Origin: Utricularia gibba | Taxonomy: Eukaryota > Plantae > Magnoliophyta | Length of the DNA stretch: 64,000 bases | Reading direction: 5' to 3' | Assembly: GCA_002189035.1 (NCBI GenBank) | Contig: CM007990.1 | Coordinates: 620,001-684,000 of the forward strand | In this document: positions 25,301 through 40,500 of the stretch, in pieces | Layout of the letters: each line of letters starts with the position of its first letter | Numbering within the stretch: position 1 is the first letter of the stretch | Position numbers and translations under genes: made by a program | The notes under the pieces: model-generated | Told to the model about the DNA's origin: nothing | Databases searched by the model: none | Seen by the model: the letters and a program-made list of their open reading frames with translations, nothing else

Positions 25301-28300
25301 CTTTGCCTGGTCTATTTTGTGTAATTAGTCTCTCCATGAATTTTTTACCACAGTGGGGTATGTTGTGCCCTTGTGATACACCCGAAGGTGAAGCTTGTGG
25401 ACTGGTGAAAAACTTAGCACTGATGACTCATGTTACTACTGATGATGATGAGGGACCTCTGATTTCTCTGGTACTTGGATTTCTCTTCACATATATTATT
25501 GGAGTTTTTGCTTTTAGAAGTTTAATCCTCTAGTTAGTGTCTTGAATGTGTCTACTGGTGAAAAGCAATAGGTGGTTGAAGACGTGTTGTTAAGTTGGAT
25601 TTGAGACGTTTATCTTTTAGAATTTCGTGTATGATTGTGATGGCTTTTAGATTGGCATTATGGTTTGGTTAAATCTACAACTGCTACATTATTTTACCTG
25701 TCCAATGGCTATTAATTCATTAACGCTCGTTGCTGCTATATATAAATATTTTTTAATCATAACCTACAAGCATTATATACTTCACATTTTGGTTAGCAAT
25801 CAGAGTAAATGAAAATACCCAACAGGTTGTCACGTATTGACTAGTGTATTCTTGTTGAATAGTGCTACTCTTTTGGTTTAGAAGATTTGGAATTAGTCTC
25901 TGCCGAAGAGCTTCACATTCCAAACTGCTACTTGGTCATATTGAATGGCCTGATTCTTGGCAAGCACAGGCAGCCACTGGTATTTCTCATGTGTCATTAA
26001 ACCCCCTCCAACTTCATATGGAAGCTGTCATCCTGACATTCTGTACTTCTATACTTTTACCCCATTCAGAGATTTGCTGCAGCAATGAGAAAGCTAAGAA
26101 GGGCTGGGAAAATAGGCGAGTTTGTGAGCATTTTCGTGAATGAAAAACAGGTGAGTCTCATTCGCTATCATCTCCAGCAATTTTGCATCTAAGTCAGCAG
26201 TACATACTTTAATGCATCGTTGTCTAGATCTTCTATATATTTTCCTTTTATCTCTCTACATGGAGAATGTTAATGCACAATCCCTACAAAAGGGAAGCAG
26301 AAATTGAGTGGATTTTTTCTTAGGACTGAACTGTATACTTGGGATTTTTGTTAGCATGTCACAATCAATTTTCTGTTGTTTATTTTGATATGTGTAAACT
26401 TGTTTCTGATGATTAACTATCAGAGATACTTATTTTTAAAGTTTGTTTTAGCAATGTGTTTACATAGCTTCAGATGGAGGTCGAGTGTGCCGTCCACTTG
26501 TCATTGCTGACAATGGTGTTTCAAGAATTAAGGAGCAACATATGAAGGAGTTAAAGGTGTGACATGCGTGTATTTCAGTTTTTATGGTCTTGTTAGCTAA
26601 AACTGCTTACCCCTCCTTTTTTAGGATGGCGTGCGCAACTTCGAAAGTTTCTTGAGAGAAGGCTTGATTGAATACCTTGATGTCAATGAGGAGAACAATG
26701 CATTGGTGTGTAGTTCTTATCTCCCATTTCCCTCAACTCTTTTACTGGAGATTGCATCATTTCTTAGGAATCCTATTTCCTAGATTGCTTTGTATGAGGA
26801 GAATGCAAGAGAGGGAGTAACACATATTGAAATAGAACCTTTTACCATTCTTGGTGTTTGCGCTGGGCTGATTCCTTACCCTCATCATAATCAGTCTCCA
26901 AGAAATACTTATCAAGTATGCATTCCTCATTTATGAAATCAAACATTCCGTTTATTTTCATCAAACATAAATAATTATCATTGTGATTTTTTGTCCTCTG
27001 AAGTGTGCTATGGGAAAGCAGGCTATGGGAAACATAGCATACAATCAGGTATGCATCAATCTTCTTTGTATCCAAGTCTTCAATCTAGCCCAGCTCTTTT
27101 TTGTTCACATTTTCTATTTTGCATATATGCCATGATTTAGGGAGCAATGATTCCCTGTAACCAATCCCCAGTTCTGATTTTTAGGAGCGCTATTGGAATG
27201 TTTAGTATTATTTAGCTACCTATGAGATATGAATTGAATAACCGGTTGTTCAAAATGCAAGTCTGCGTCTTCATCTTTCTAAACTCATTATATTTGAATG
27301 CTTATGTATCAAAGCATTTGAGATTTAACCTCCAATGCACATGCACAGTGTTTTTTAACAGCACCTCAACAATAACAGTTAGGTTTTTTATTGTTTTCTT
27401 GAGAGATAATTTCAATTAAATGGTGCAGGTTGACATTACTATTGGTGGAATGATGCTTGTTTTGGTGCATATTTGTGTACATTTTGTTCCACTTCTTCTG
27501 TAACCTCGCTTATCTCTTATAACATTAATTTCGCAGTTATGCAGAGCGGACACATTGATCTACATTTTAGTATATCCACAAAAGCCACTACTTACAACAC
27601 GGACTATTGAGCTTGTCAGTGAATTACAGTGGCTCAACATGGAGGTTTACAGCTTTTTTAAAAATGGTTTATTTTGACTAAAATTTATTTTCAGGTAAAA
27701 TTTGATAAACTTGGAGCGGGACAGAATGCAGTAGTTGCAGTAATGAGCTACAGTGGATATGACATTGAGGATGCAATAGTGATGAACAAATCATCATTAG
27801 ATCGTGGTTTTGGTCGATGCGTTGTGATGAAAAAGTAGGTGTCTATCTATCATTTTAACAACAGAGAAGTTAAAAAATGTGCTATAACCTTTTCCCTAAT
27901 CCACATAAACTCATGTTAACTTTTTTTAACCTACATGTGAACCTTAAACAGTAGGTACTCTCCGTGTAAAAATCTTGTTTTCTTTTTCTGGGCATATTTG
28001 CAAGTTGTGGATTATGAAATTTTTCCATCTTTGCAGAATGTCTGCAGTTGTTCAGAACTATGGTGATAAAACTACAGACATCCTACTTCCACCACAAAGG
28101 GAAGGACACGAGGGTGAAAGGATGCAGGTATACATTCCCTATGTAGGCATTGTTACTGAATTTTTATGATAACAGATGTGTATACTTCGTAGGAGCTGGC
28201 CTCCTTTTGGATGTTCACGTGAAATGGTTTATAATCGGAAAATGATAAAGATTGATTTAGCTGGTTTTTGTTCTTTTTTTTCTCGTTTGCAACCTATACT

Positions 28301-30888
28301 TGTTTCTAGTTGGACGTGTGGCAATGATATGGATAATGCAGGTTGTAGATGATGACGGATTAGCTTCTCCAGGAATGATCATTCGTCCACATGACATATA
28401 TATCAACAAGTTTACACCCGTAGCTACTATGAGGACAATGGGTTCCCATAGAATCTTGCCTGATAGGTTCGCTAATGTGTATTTTGCTGTGTACCCATAT
28501 TAATGTTAAAGAGCATCAGCTCACCTGGATTCTTTTATTCAGTTCCACTCATAAGCCAAGTAGACAGACATATAAAGGTCCAGAAGGTGAGACAGCAGCG
28601 GTGGACAGGGTTTTGCTATATTCTGACAAGAATAACAACATAGGCATCAAGTACATGATCCGTCATACTCGCAGACCTGAGGTACTTTTAAATTGTAGTG
28701 AGTATGACAATGTTTAATTTTTTGGAACCCTTTTAAACATTGGAGATTGGTTGTACGCCTAGGTTGGTGACAAATTTAGCAGTCGGCATGGGCAAAAAGG
28801 GGTTTGTGGGACCATTGTTCAACAGGAAGATTTCCCTTTTTCTGAACGTGGAATATGCCCTGATCTAATCATGAATCCTCATGGGTTCCCAAGGTGAATT
28901 GTCTATGATTCGCAAGTGACTTTTGTATTGCTTCCAAACTCTTATCTCCTAAGATTTGAAGTACATCTTTACAGTGGTTGACAATAGGTAATCATTATAT
29001 TATGCTAATTTTTTTAATGAATTTCTTTTTAGTCGAATGACTGTTGGGAAGATGATAGAACTTCTTGGTAGCAAAGCTGCAGTTTCTTGCGGTAGATTTC
29101 ACTATGGGAGTGCATTTGGTGAGCAAAGTGGGCATGCAGATAAAGTTGAGGCCATAAGGTTTTCGCTGCTGTTTCACTTAATAATTCATTATTCCATCCC
29201 TTCGTATGTGTGGTTTGGATTATTTCATCTGACTCAGCAGCTTGTTCTCGACATGTTTGATGTGTCAGTGAAACACTGGTGTTGCATGGTTTTAGCTACC
29301 ATGGAAAAGACTTTCTCTACTCAGGTCACGTGTTTGCCAAAATTTTTAGCTTTCTTATCTTGTAAATATATGTTCTGATCCTGAAATGTCCCTGTGAGTA
29401 TTATTTTTGAGCCTTCGATTTCTGCAATTCAGGTATTACTGGTGAGCCATTGCAGGCTTACATTTTCATGGGGCCAATATATTACCAAAAGTTGAAACAT
29501 ATGGTAAGCATTTGCACTTGGTCATTTTTGTCTTCGCCTCGTTCATTCATGGCATGCCATCGTAGCATAGACTTACAGAATAATCAATATCAATTTTCCC
29601 CTTTACGTACAACTAGTATTATGTCTTGGTAACATAATATTTTTGAAGACAATTGCTTTGAAGTCAGTTTTGTCTTGTCTTTCAGTTTAACACAGCACTC
29701 TAGAACATCGTTTCGCACCAAGTTCCAATAGAAAACATGCATGTTCTTCAAAACTTTGGGAAAGTTGTTTGTGACTCAAATTTGTACATGAATGAAGTAT
29801 TCCTGTTCTAGTTAAGAAGATTATGGAGAACAGTTGTCTTTTTATGGAGCTTTTCCATTTCATTTCATCTTCACTCGCACATTTGACAGTTATACTGAAA
29901 AATTTGAACTCTAGGTGTTGGACAAAATGCATGCCCGAGGCAACGGGCCGCGAGCTATGCTTACTAGACAGCCTACTGAAGGCAGGAGCCGAAATGGAGG
30001 TCTGAATGTTGGATCTGTGCAGTTTAACATGATCCTTTTTATTTAATGACATTCCATCTGAATAATCAATTTCTGAAGGTTTGCGGGTTGGCGAGATGGA
30101 ACGTGATTGCTTGATTGCATACGGTGCAAGCCATTTGATATACGAACGTCTGATGCTTTCTAGTGATCCATTTGAAGTACAGGTATTTATGATGAACGAA
30201 TGCACTCTTTAAAAGTACATTTTCATTAGAAAGCTCCCTCATCCTCCATGCCACTTTTGGTAGAAAATCCTTTCACTTTTCCCGCTTAGCTTTGTGCAAT
30301 GGCTTACTTCTTACTTGGGAAACCCCACTCTGGAATTAACTGCACCCTCATTGATAACCCCACGCTAATTCTGGATCTTCTCTCGTAGTTGCATGTTACA
30401 ATTCTAGCCTCCAGTGAACAAAAGATTTTCTTCCATTTGCTTAGACTCATCAGGTTAATCTTATCAGGGTCATCTTGGAGCCTAGTAAAAATGCTTAGCT
30501 TTGTATTTGCTTCTTGCGTTGGGATCGAATCCCTTATCGGGTGCATGTCTCATAGCATTTGGTGTTCTTTTGCAGGTGTGCAGGAAATGCGGTCTTTTGG
30601 GTTACTACAACCACAAGCTAAAGAAAGGAATCTGCTCTTCATGTAAAAATGGGGATAACATATCTACAATGAAGTTGCCCTACGCATGCAAGCTCATGCT
30701 TCAGGTTCTCCCCCTCCCATTCTTGTCCTTCGTCTTCTTCTCTCGATACGTTGCTTGTGTACCGAGCCTCATCTATTCACGGACAATATTGCTTGCTGAT
30801 AGTAATTCTGGTTTCATTTTCACCTCTCAATCCACAGGAGCTCCAATCGATGAATATTGTCCCTCGTTTGACATTGGCTGAGGCCTGA
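19390..30888 (+). CDS. NRPC2: DNA-directed RNA polymerase III second-largest subunit (RPC2), 38 exons
   Basis: All exons traced in frame with GT-AG introns. Motifs [82 protein letters not shown] and [16 protein letters not shown]. Confidence 0.95.
21617..21726. repeat. Nested short duplications (A-B-B-A) in an NRPC2 intron
   Basis: ATGTCTTTTAATYCATGGT at 21617 and 21708; TTTTGCAAAGTCCATG at 21657 and 21687. Confidence 0.85.
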
Positions 30889-31160
30889 ACGTGACGAACC
30901 TCGCCATACCTAATATCCTATTGAAGACACAGAGCACAATGAAAACATTTTTTCGCAGCCAGGCTGTCTATTGCTTTAACGTGTAAATGATAAGTATGTC
31001 GCAGACACGGTCATCTTCATGAGTTCTTCTTTTCCTGAACTTTGACATAGAGACCCTCTCTAGCAGTTTTGATGGCACACGGGGCATCAAGTAGTCAATC
31101 AGTGAAGTAATTTCCTGGTACGAAGCCTACCTGAAATGAGTCGCAGGGGAACCCTCTTCT

Positions 31161-33963
31161 TCATCTATCGTCTTTTGAAAGAGCAACGTAGTTTACGGGC
31201 GCCATGCTGCTCATCTTAGTGTTATCTCTTCGTTCTTTGCCACCGTTACGGCGACTGTGCGGGGAGGATGCCGTGGCGTTCGAGTGCAGACTCTGTCCCA
31301 AGGGTCTTTTAGTGACTTTTGAGCCAAAAATGGCTTCTTGTTCCGTGGCGAGTTGCTCCAGTAGTTTCCTCTGCCCCTGGCCATCACCAGCCGTTGTTTG
31401 TGTTGTGCTATTGCACTGCACAGAGAGAATGCCCAAAAGGGAAAGAAAACCATACCCGAATCCGTCGCTTCTCCTCTTCTTTTTCGTGTCGCGCAACCGT
31501 GAATTCCTCCAATGCCCGCAGTAGAGGAACCTTGAATGATTAAGGGGTAGATATGTACAATTCAGTACACCAGACAAAAAAAATATTTCTGAAATTTCTT
31601 TGAAATTTGATCAAAATTTTTCGAATTTCCAACATTCGGATGAACTATAGACAGTGATTTTTTGTTTTTAACCTGATCGTACATAAATGGCATCCTTCTC
31701 TCGTGTTCCCAAGCCTGAACCTTGGCAATCAAATTTTCCACGAGGGCTGCAACAAGAACATACATACATACGTACATACAGTGATGATCTGCTGTTAGTG
31801 AAAAGATACCTAGAAGAACCTCTCACATGGTATTTTGCTGACCAATACTCTGGCCTTCTCTGCTCGTTTCAAATTTTTGTGGAAGCCTCTCCCAGCGCTG
31901 TACCGATTCTCATCCTGGCAGAAACAGAAATGAACCAACAGAGAAGAAGAGGCAACCAGACATCATGTAGTTGAAGGTGCTCAGAAACACTTGGCAGACA
32001 GAATATTATTATTACTCTTTCATACTCATCCAGCCAAGTCTCCTCTTCGGATGCATTTTTCCATCTTCCCACCTTGTCCAAAATATCCTTTCTGCTTTGG
32101 GCGACTTCCTTTGCTTCTGATATCTGGGCATCCATGCTTGATAAAAGCTCTGAAAGGTTAACATTACCTGCAACCAAAGTTGGGTATCAGCTGTTTAAGT
32201 TTTGATGGATGTAGAGTATAATCAGAGGGAAGATCGATGGAGAGACCAGAATCGATTAGGGAGATGAGAAGCTGCCCTGCTTTTTCAGTGTCGACATCCA
32301 CATGGACAGCTCTGTAAATCTCTTCAATCTCATGTTGCCGCTTGATTATGAGCTCCTTCATCCTACTGGCTTTCAAAACGGTTAACCGATCAACTTCAGC
32401 TTCAATCTAGAGTTTCCGAAAAATGAAGCTATAAGAAACATCAAGACGCAATGCATGCTTGGACTGAGAGTACAGAAAAGGGACCTGCTTGATGACATCG
32501 AGTGAGAGAGATCCTGGATGCGAAGCCTCAACGACACTGGAGTTGGTTAAGCCAACAACATAATCGTAGTGGTGGTTTCTCTCTGATGGCATGCCGAGGA
32601 GCTCCCAGAGTTCCAGAAGACTTCTACCAAGACTTTGAACCTACACATCAGCTCAAGCAAACATTTAGGGCCAGTGGTATGCATCAAAATTCATGGCTTG
32701 GAGACTGGATAACAAGGAGAAGATCTTGAGATCTGACCTTTGACAAACGTTGTTGTTTCTCTTGCTTTAGTGCATCCACCTTCCTGGTCAGTCTAGCAAG
32801 TGTTTCATTGCTTATGCTCTTTGAGTGATGAGGACTCGTATCGACTAAACTAGCATGGATTTCTGCCATTGTTCTTGCAAAATTCAGTGACATGACAGTT
32901 GCCAGCTCATGGATTGCACTGCTACAGGAAATAACTTGTTGTAACCGTATATTCTGAGAAGCAAAGAAACAAAATCTTGGTCTCAGAAAATGGGACTTTA
33001 AGCTTAGGATACGTAAGGCTGTGGAAACACGGGATGATGAGGACAAAACCTTTTCCAAGCTAAGCTCCTGAAGGTGGGACTTCAATTCTCCTAACATCTT
33101 CTTTGTGAGGTCCCCCTCATCTACCTTGATCTCATCAAGATCAGGAAGCAAATCACTGCCTGCTATTTCAGCAGAAATTCGTGCAATCTGAAGTTTTACT
33201 TCCGATATCTCCTTCACCCGATCAAGCTTTTTCAACCTCAAATTCTCCAAGGTGGGGGTGATGAGAGACAATTTTTGCTTAAGACTGCCATTTACCTTTG
33301 AAAAATAGGAATTAAAAGATCTCAGCGGTCCTTCAAACTTAGTAAACATGGGAAATTAAGAGATAAAAAGCAGTAGCTTTTTGGATCACATATTCTAAAT
33401 GTCAGTGCTCGAAAAGTGAAGGTTTACTGAATGCGAATGAATGTCATTAGGCAGACCTGTAACAAGGGAACCTGTTCTCCTAGAGCAGAGGCAATCCTGA
33501 CGATTTCAGCTTCAGATTCAGCCAAAGAACGTTGAATATCAGATTTATACTTTCTTGTGCATTCTACCTTCCTGCGATATATATGAAAACACTCCTGCTC
33601 CAGTAGAAGCAGCATCTTATCCCTTTCATTGTCGCTCTCTCCAATTTCATCCCACACTTCCTGTTGCACCAAGCACCGAATAGAAGATAAAACAAAAGAA
33701 TTCTGAAACGATGATCTTTCATCGATCAAACAAAACTTTTAGAAACTTCTGCCTGCATAAAATCACCAAATCTTGAAAAAAAAAACCGATCAACACAACG
33801 CTATTACCGCATCATCACCACGCATTCATTCAACAGAAGGAAAACAATCACAATCGCAGATTCCTCACGGTACCTGCAGTTCCCGCAGAAGTGAAGCACA
33901 AGTAGTGCTAGCCGATATCGGAGAAAAATCCCCTGCGCGAGATTCATATTTGCGGCCCGACAT
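31161..33963 (-). CDS. MAP65: 65-kDa microtubule-associated protein (MAP65, MAP65-5-like)
   Basis: Starts [17 protein letters not shown]. Contains [71 protein letters not shown] and ends [10 protein letters not shown]. Subfamily is tentative. Confidence 0.9.
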
Positions 33964-34040
33964 CGACGCTGAAAGTGATCGCGATGGGAAACCGACGCCG
34001 GTGTAACAGCAGCAATTATCATCGGCAGATTGGAATCACC

Positions 34041-34101
34041 AACGGAGATGGAGGAGTTTCCATGTAAAGAAGCATGACGATCTGATCCTCGGCGCGGGAA
34101 A
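34041..34101. promoter_or_regulatory. MSA core (AACGG) and canonical E2F site upstream of MAP65
   Basis: CCAACGG at 34039-34045; GCGGGAAA at 34094-34101 (TTTCCCGC on the - strand), about 80-140 nt upstream of the MAP65 ATG. Confidence 0.5.
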
Positions 34102-34556
34102 TCTCCCCATTAAATAGCACACGGATTTGAATTCAAATATTTTACACAATTAATTACATAATTCAGTTACCGCAGTTTATATCTTTTTTTACCGCAGTAA
34201 TTTATCTCTTGTGATACATTGGGTTAGAAATTTAGTATCAACAACTTTACCACAAGCATGGGGCCCAGACGGTAAAAAAATGACAGAATGCAATTACCAG
34301 GGTAAAAACAAGGCAACGCAAAGACAGAGTATCCATTTTTGTACAGGGGCAATATACAGATGCATGTTGTATATGCAAGCAAACAGAGGGGCTTCCAACA
34401 CACTAGCAAAGTGAAGTAGTGTCCTGAACATCCTGCTGCCCCTTCATTTCATACCTGTTCAAGGCCAGGGGCACAAGTATGATCCATTGCTTATTTCACT
34501 TTCAATCCCGAAGATCAAAAGGCGTTTTCGCGAACACCGGTGCTATACATGGGATG

Positions 34557-37500
34557 CTATTTGACTCGGAAATCATGCCGAAAGACGGTCAGATTTTGGG
34601 TGAACTTGTCTCTGTTCCTTGAGTCCAAGCTTCGGGTGATATCTGACATTAGTTTGTCGAAGCATGATGCGATGCGTGGTTGCTGGTCGACAGCCTGCAG
34701 TAAGTGCATAGAGATTGATCATCAGAGAGATTAGTTAGCGCCAGAGTTGCAAGAAAAGGTTCTGAAACCAAAGATTATGTGATCACACAAGCTTTCCAAG
34801 CGTAAAAGGTTTACCTGTCTGGATAAAATCTGAGCTTTCAGGTCTGCGAACATCTGCATACATTGTATGGTGTACTAAAAATCAGCATCTGAGCTTAACT
34901 CCATGCGATTGAAGGCGGCCGTATAAAGGATTATATCAAAAGGGGATGATCCACTTAAAATATGTGTGGTGTCCACCAGCAAGCGGGAGGATTTGTAGTT
35001 GATGAACAAATCCATACAAAAAATTCTGGCACATAAAAAGAACATAAAACTCATAGAAAGAAGAAAACGCACCTGCTCATTTATAAGTATCAAGCTCAGC
35101 ATTGGCCTGCTAAGGCTCCATTGGTTGCTGCAGTCCTCGAATAAAACCATCTCAAAGAGGGATTTGAGTATCTGAGAGCAAAGGGGGGAAATTAATTATG
35201 TTCCAAAGTTGAATCGACACATGTTGAGATTTATTGATGATTGATGGAACAGAAAATCAACTTGACAACAGTAGAATGATCCCCTGTCACCCCAATAAGA
35301 ATTATGGAAATAAAACCATGACTTACTTCAGAAAGGAGTGCCGGAAATTCAGCTATGTGCCTGGCAAGACTTATCGCAGCCGGTGATGTGGGTGTTTCTC
35401 CCATTGTGATATTGTTGAAATAGAAACTAGCCAAATTATCAATAGCAGATGCACACTGGACGATAACAAACATTTAGGTTGATGCAATGGAAGCCTCATT
35501 AATCATTAATGTACGATAAGGTTGTAGACAACATTTCTTAATACAAGAAAAAAAGTAATTTATGGATGCTCATCCTCATACATCAAAAGATTCATGAAGA
35601 TAGATGAAAATTCAATCAATGAAATGCACCTCAATAAAAAAGCACTCGCATGACTTGCTAAGTAAAAATAAGAACAACTCTTCTAGAAATGCATAAGACA
35701 AGGTTGAGTGTGCAATCATCAATACTTTCCACCTACCTGAGACGATATATTAGCATCAAGACCTTTGAGACCCGACTCAAGTGAGCCCACAATATGGATG
35801 AAGGTACGTGAATCAAGACTCAAAACAAAAACTAGGTGGCTGCTGAACAGAACCTCCACAAATGCAAAATACGCCTTTGTGAGCTGTAGAGGAAGAACAT
35901 AAAGAATAAAGTCAGATTGAAAAGTCGTGTGTGAAATACTGATGCAAAACCATGCATCCAGACTGAACTGAAAACAATCAGCATTTGCATGGAAATTTTT
36001 CAAAGAAGCAAGAAAAGTTGGTTCAACTGCCAGAAACTTCCTAGAATTAGAACAACACAATTTTCCAGAGGTTGTTGAGAAATTCATACTTCGAATGCAG
36101 ATATTGAAGCCATCCATTGCCCATTCCTAAAAAGAAAAGGAAAAACGACAAACCTTCCTGTACGCCAATATGTCAGCAAGTGGTATGGAAAGTGTCATTT
36201 TAAGAGCAATATCAAGAGCATCAGCTAGAGCTCTATCCCCATATAGCTCGAACACGCCGAAGTTGACATAATTCCCAGAAAGTGCTGTCATTTAGGCAGC
36301 ATTCATGAGTGTAATGAAAAACACGAAATGAAGTTTGCCACCACAAGAAATAAAAATAATGGCTCCAGGAATGAATTTCTGGTTTAACGAACAAGAACAC
36401 CCCAAAACAAACGTCAACTAACACATTATCCAAAACAACAGAAAAGGTCCACAAGGCATCCATCTACAACTTTGGCTACAATTTCCAAAAGCTTCATGTA
36501 AAATACATTGGAAGGCAACACAGAGTAACTCTTAAAAACTAGGATCAAGACACAGAAAATTAGTACAACCAGGAGATAATCATGGTGAGACTAGTACAGA
36601 AATCTTAGAAATGGAACCCTAAAATGATGGAGCATGTATGACAGAATAATTCCAACTTGAATATCCTTATTTTTCCTAAATAAGAAATTCACAATGAAAT
36701 TAAATCGTAAATCTTGGGTTACCAATTCCATTATATATAGTATAAAAAACAATGAATGAACACAGATGGAACAGAATTTTACCTCGTGAAAGTATTGTCA
36801 ATGAAATCCACATTCCCTTGTATTTCTGGTCATAAATATCAGACTTTGTCGGAAGAACCAAGACTCTTGAGCCGTACGCAACAAGTATCTTGCTAACTTC
36901 TCTGAAAAGAAGTATGCCGTTTGGGGAGGAGGTATCAAAAGTCAAACGTTGAGCTTTATTGAGAACAAACTCGGCCATGAATTTCAGCAAGGGTGTTGTG
37001 ACCTACAAAACAAAAAGATAAATTAGGTTTCATAGAAACTCCAGATTGAATATCAAAAACAATAGAGAGAAATTATCATTTTGATAACTATATGGGAAAA
37101 GAATAATGTTTGCGGAGACAATCTAGTGAATTAAGAATGTGCTCTCAGTTCTATTCCAGGTTCTTCCATTTAGATAGCTTGCTTTTAAGACCATCTACAG
37201 GTTTCCTTTGTAGATTTCAAAGCTAATATGAGCCATTTAATGGGCTAAATTTAGAATCAAGAAGGCCATAAAAAAACCCGAAAATTTGAGTATATTACCT
37301 CTGGAGTGTCCGCCCACTGAGAAATCCCTCTCAGAAGAACTGGCATGCGTGTAGGATATACCCAGTCAAAAAGAAGCCCATAACTTCTACGACTGCAACA
37401 AGGTCAAACAGGGTAAAATTTGTCTTCCAACAAATAAATGATTGATAAAATCGTACTAACCTGTTTGTTGCCATTGCTAAACCACGCAAATCTCTCATCA

Positions 37501-40500
37501 ATCCAATTAGTGCGTACTTTACAGAGTCAGTCCTGAACAAGGTCTCAGGTGTCGATTCCAGTGAGGCAAACGTCTGGTTGCAGATTCGAAGGCACACAGG
37601 TTAAAATCATTTATTAACAAAAGGGAAGGGATCAAAGAAAAAGAATTATACTTGTTTCAATGGATCCATTGAAGATTTAAAGAGGGCAACGCTGTCCTCT
37701 AGGAATATTAACCAGCCAATAATGTAATAAAATGTTGTTCTGCTCCTAGAGCATCTGTACTCTTCAAGGAAAGGAAAATGTTCCTTCTGAATTAATTACA
37801 AAAAAAACGTTAGAAAAAATTTAGGAAGAAAGGGAAAAATGTATCACTAAAAAAAGAATGAAATGGATTTTATGCCTAAACCAGTCAAGGATATACCGTG
37901 TGATTGGCAATAATAAATCTCACTGTCTCCAGTTTGAGAAGTAATTTTCCTGTCATATAGCTGCAATATAATAATTCTTTGTTCATAACAGGCAACACAA
38001 GTATATACGAAGGTGACAAAGAAAACAAACCCAGATGCCAGTTCTAGGAATAAGCTCAAGGTTTGGCCGATAACTTCCTCACACTGACAAGGAAAATTTG
38101 AGATGCAGTCATATTCTGAGTGAAGGAGATAAAAAAGAGCGATCATACAACAAGCATACCTCTGTATAACATTTTAGGTTTGTTGCTATTTTTCGAATAA
38201 AAAAGTCCAACAACAACAGATGATCATTGAGCCCAATAAGCTCTGACAACCGGGCATACAGCTGCTGCAAAACAAACTCAACTCCAGAATTCACAAGGCA
38301 GAGTAGAAAATATAATTATAAGTTGACAATAAAAAGAAAAAACAGTTACCTTTGATGAATGCATAGCCTGATCACCTACATAAGACTTCCTGAAATTCTG
38401 GAAGAAGCTGAGAAGTGCTCTATCAAGCCTTTGTTTACTTAGATCACTGTATCTCTGAAAAATAACCTCAAGCATAAGATGGTTTTCATTCAAAAATGGT
38501 ACATAAAAAAATGTGAGCCTCATTTTCCGGACTTACCTGACTGTGTGACCCCGAATCAGCAATATTAACTAGTCGTAAAACACGAGCAGAAAGCTCAGCA
38601 TCAATAATTTCTTGAGATTCAGTACTGAGTCCACGAAAAAACCATGTAAATAATCAAAAAAAAAAACGTAGAAAAGAAATGCACTAATCACCTGCACCCA
38701 ACAGATTGTTTTGTTTTTAATACGGAAGCAATTATATGGACAATCCAAGCAAGCTTAGCCTCAGCTATGCACAATTCACTATTGTCACCACCCTGAAGCT
38801 GGCCTCTTTCCTGTCAAAAGAGTTTCACACGATGATGGAAACCAAAATAGAGTCACCTCATATAATGCTTCTGCGTACCATGTAAACTTGTAAAATAGGC
38901 TCCATGACTGTGATGATGAACAGGCTACTGTTTTCATACTGAAAAAACAAATTTATTTGGTAAAAGAAGATGTAAATGCATGTATTTTTGTCTTTTATAT
39001 GGCTAACGCAGAGAATCCACCTGAAATCTGCAAAGAAATGGGAAACAATCTAGCTGATCCTGAAGAAGGTCAACATTGTCAAGTGGATGCTCCGAAAGAT
39101 CATCTTGTACATCAGCCTACAATATAATGCGTAGATAAGTCTCTAATTTTTTCTACCCCACAGATTGATTAGAGAGGCAACCTGAGCAGAGTCCAGTCTG
39201 GAGGTGATATAACCTTCTACAATTCTGGGCACAAATTCATCCAGCATACTTGGCACGTCACTCTTTAGGTATGGGACAGAACTCACCAACCTAGACCACA
39301 GCCCCAACAAATAATACACACTGCTACTGGCCCACTGCAAGTTAAAATATCATAGGGTGTGAAAACCGCAGCATTCAATATTTAATAAGAATAGCATCCT
39401 ACTAAAAAACAGGATACCTGCCAAGATAACAAAGATTTGGACGTAAACTCAGCAACCAAACGTATCCACTCCCCATACCCTTCCATGGTGACTAGTTCAG
39501 ACAACTGCCATAAAAAATGAACCATTTAGTGAAATAAATCATCACAGCCAACAGCTGACCTATTTAACTACATCGTTCCCCAATCTGTCACATTAATAAA
39601 TATGACTGGAAGATTTGACTGACAGAGTGTTTACCTTTTTCTATACAAACATCCTCCCAATACTACAAAAAAAGGTCAATCAACTCCTATTACAAGTCAA
39701 CTGTGAGCTCTAAATATCCAGTTTTACATATCCCCAGCTACGAAACCCAATCCAAAAACTGATTCTCATATATTTTACTTCGACATTGAGAGAATGCAAT
39801 GACATCCATGTCCAGAAAAAAAGGAAGTGACAGAAACACGCTAATTAATCTAACTTATAAGATGAGTTCATTATCATTATTTCATCTAAATCCAAAGATT
39901 ATACATCAACCAGCCATCTCTGCTGAAACCTCTAACAGTTGGAGAAACCCGCAAAGACAATGACCAAGAAATCCAAAAATAGATCAGACATCACATTTTA
40001 AAAAATACAATACCTGATAGTTGACTCTGAATCGTCCAAGGAGACGGCAAAACTCATGGTAGTTATCATGGTCGGCAAGGCCTGATTTCAAGCATCATAT
40101 CATATTTATGGAGTAAACAGTCATTAAATGATCATTGAATAAATAAATAGCTAGATACATGACAGCTCAGTAATACTGGGATCTGCTACCCCATCGGATG
40201 ATTTTAACTAAAACAAATACTGCTAAAAAAATCAAAAGAATTTTTTATTTTCAAAAGTGCTGTAAAACGCTTTCCAGAATCCTGAAACAAAAGCACGCTC
40301 GTTACTTATGCAATGTTATTCTCAGCATTTTATTCTATCATACAGAAATCTAAGCAGGCATCAGCATCCCAGGGAAACATATTAAGCAGCAAAACTGGAC
40401 AAAATATACAAACCTTTTCCAGTCCTTAAGATATCCTTGGTTCCAGACATAAGATGATCCAAGAATTTTGAACGTGTTGCATCATTGGTAAAAAGAGAAC

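Noticed and set aside
34167-34310. TTACCGCAG doublet and an 11-bp inverted repeat (TTTTTTTACCG / CGGTAAAAAAA); also a 10-bp inverted repeat at 56168-56208
   Set aside because: Possible MITE remnants, but no target-site duplication or family identity can be shown.
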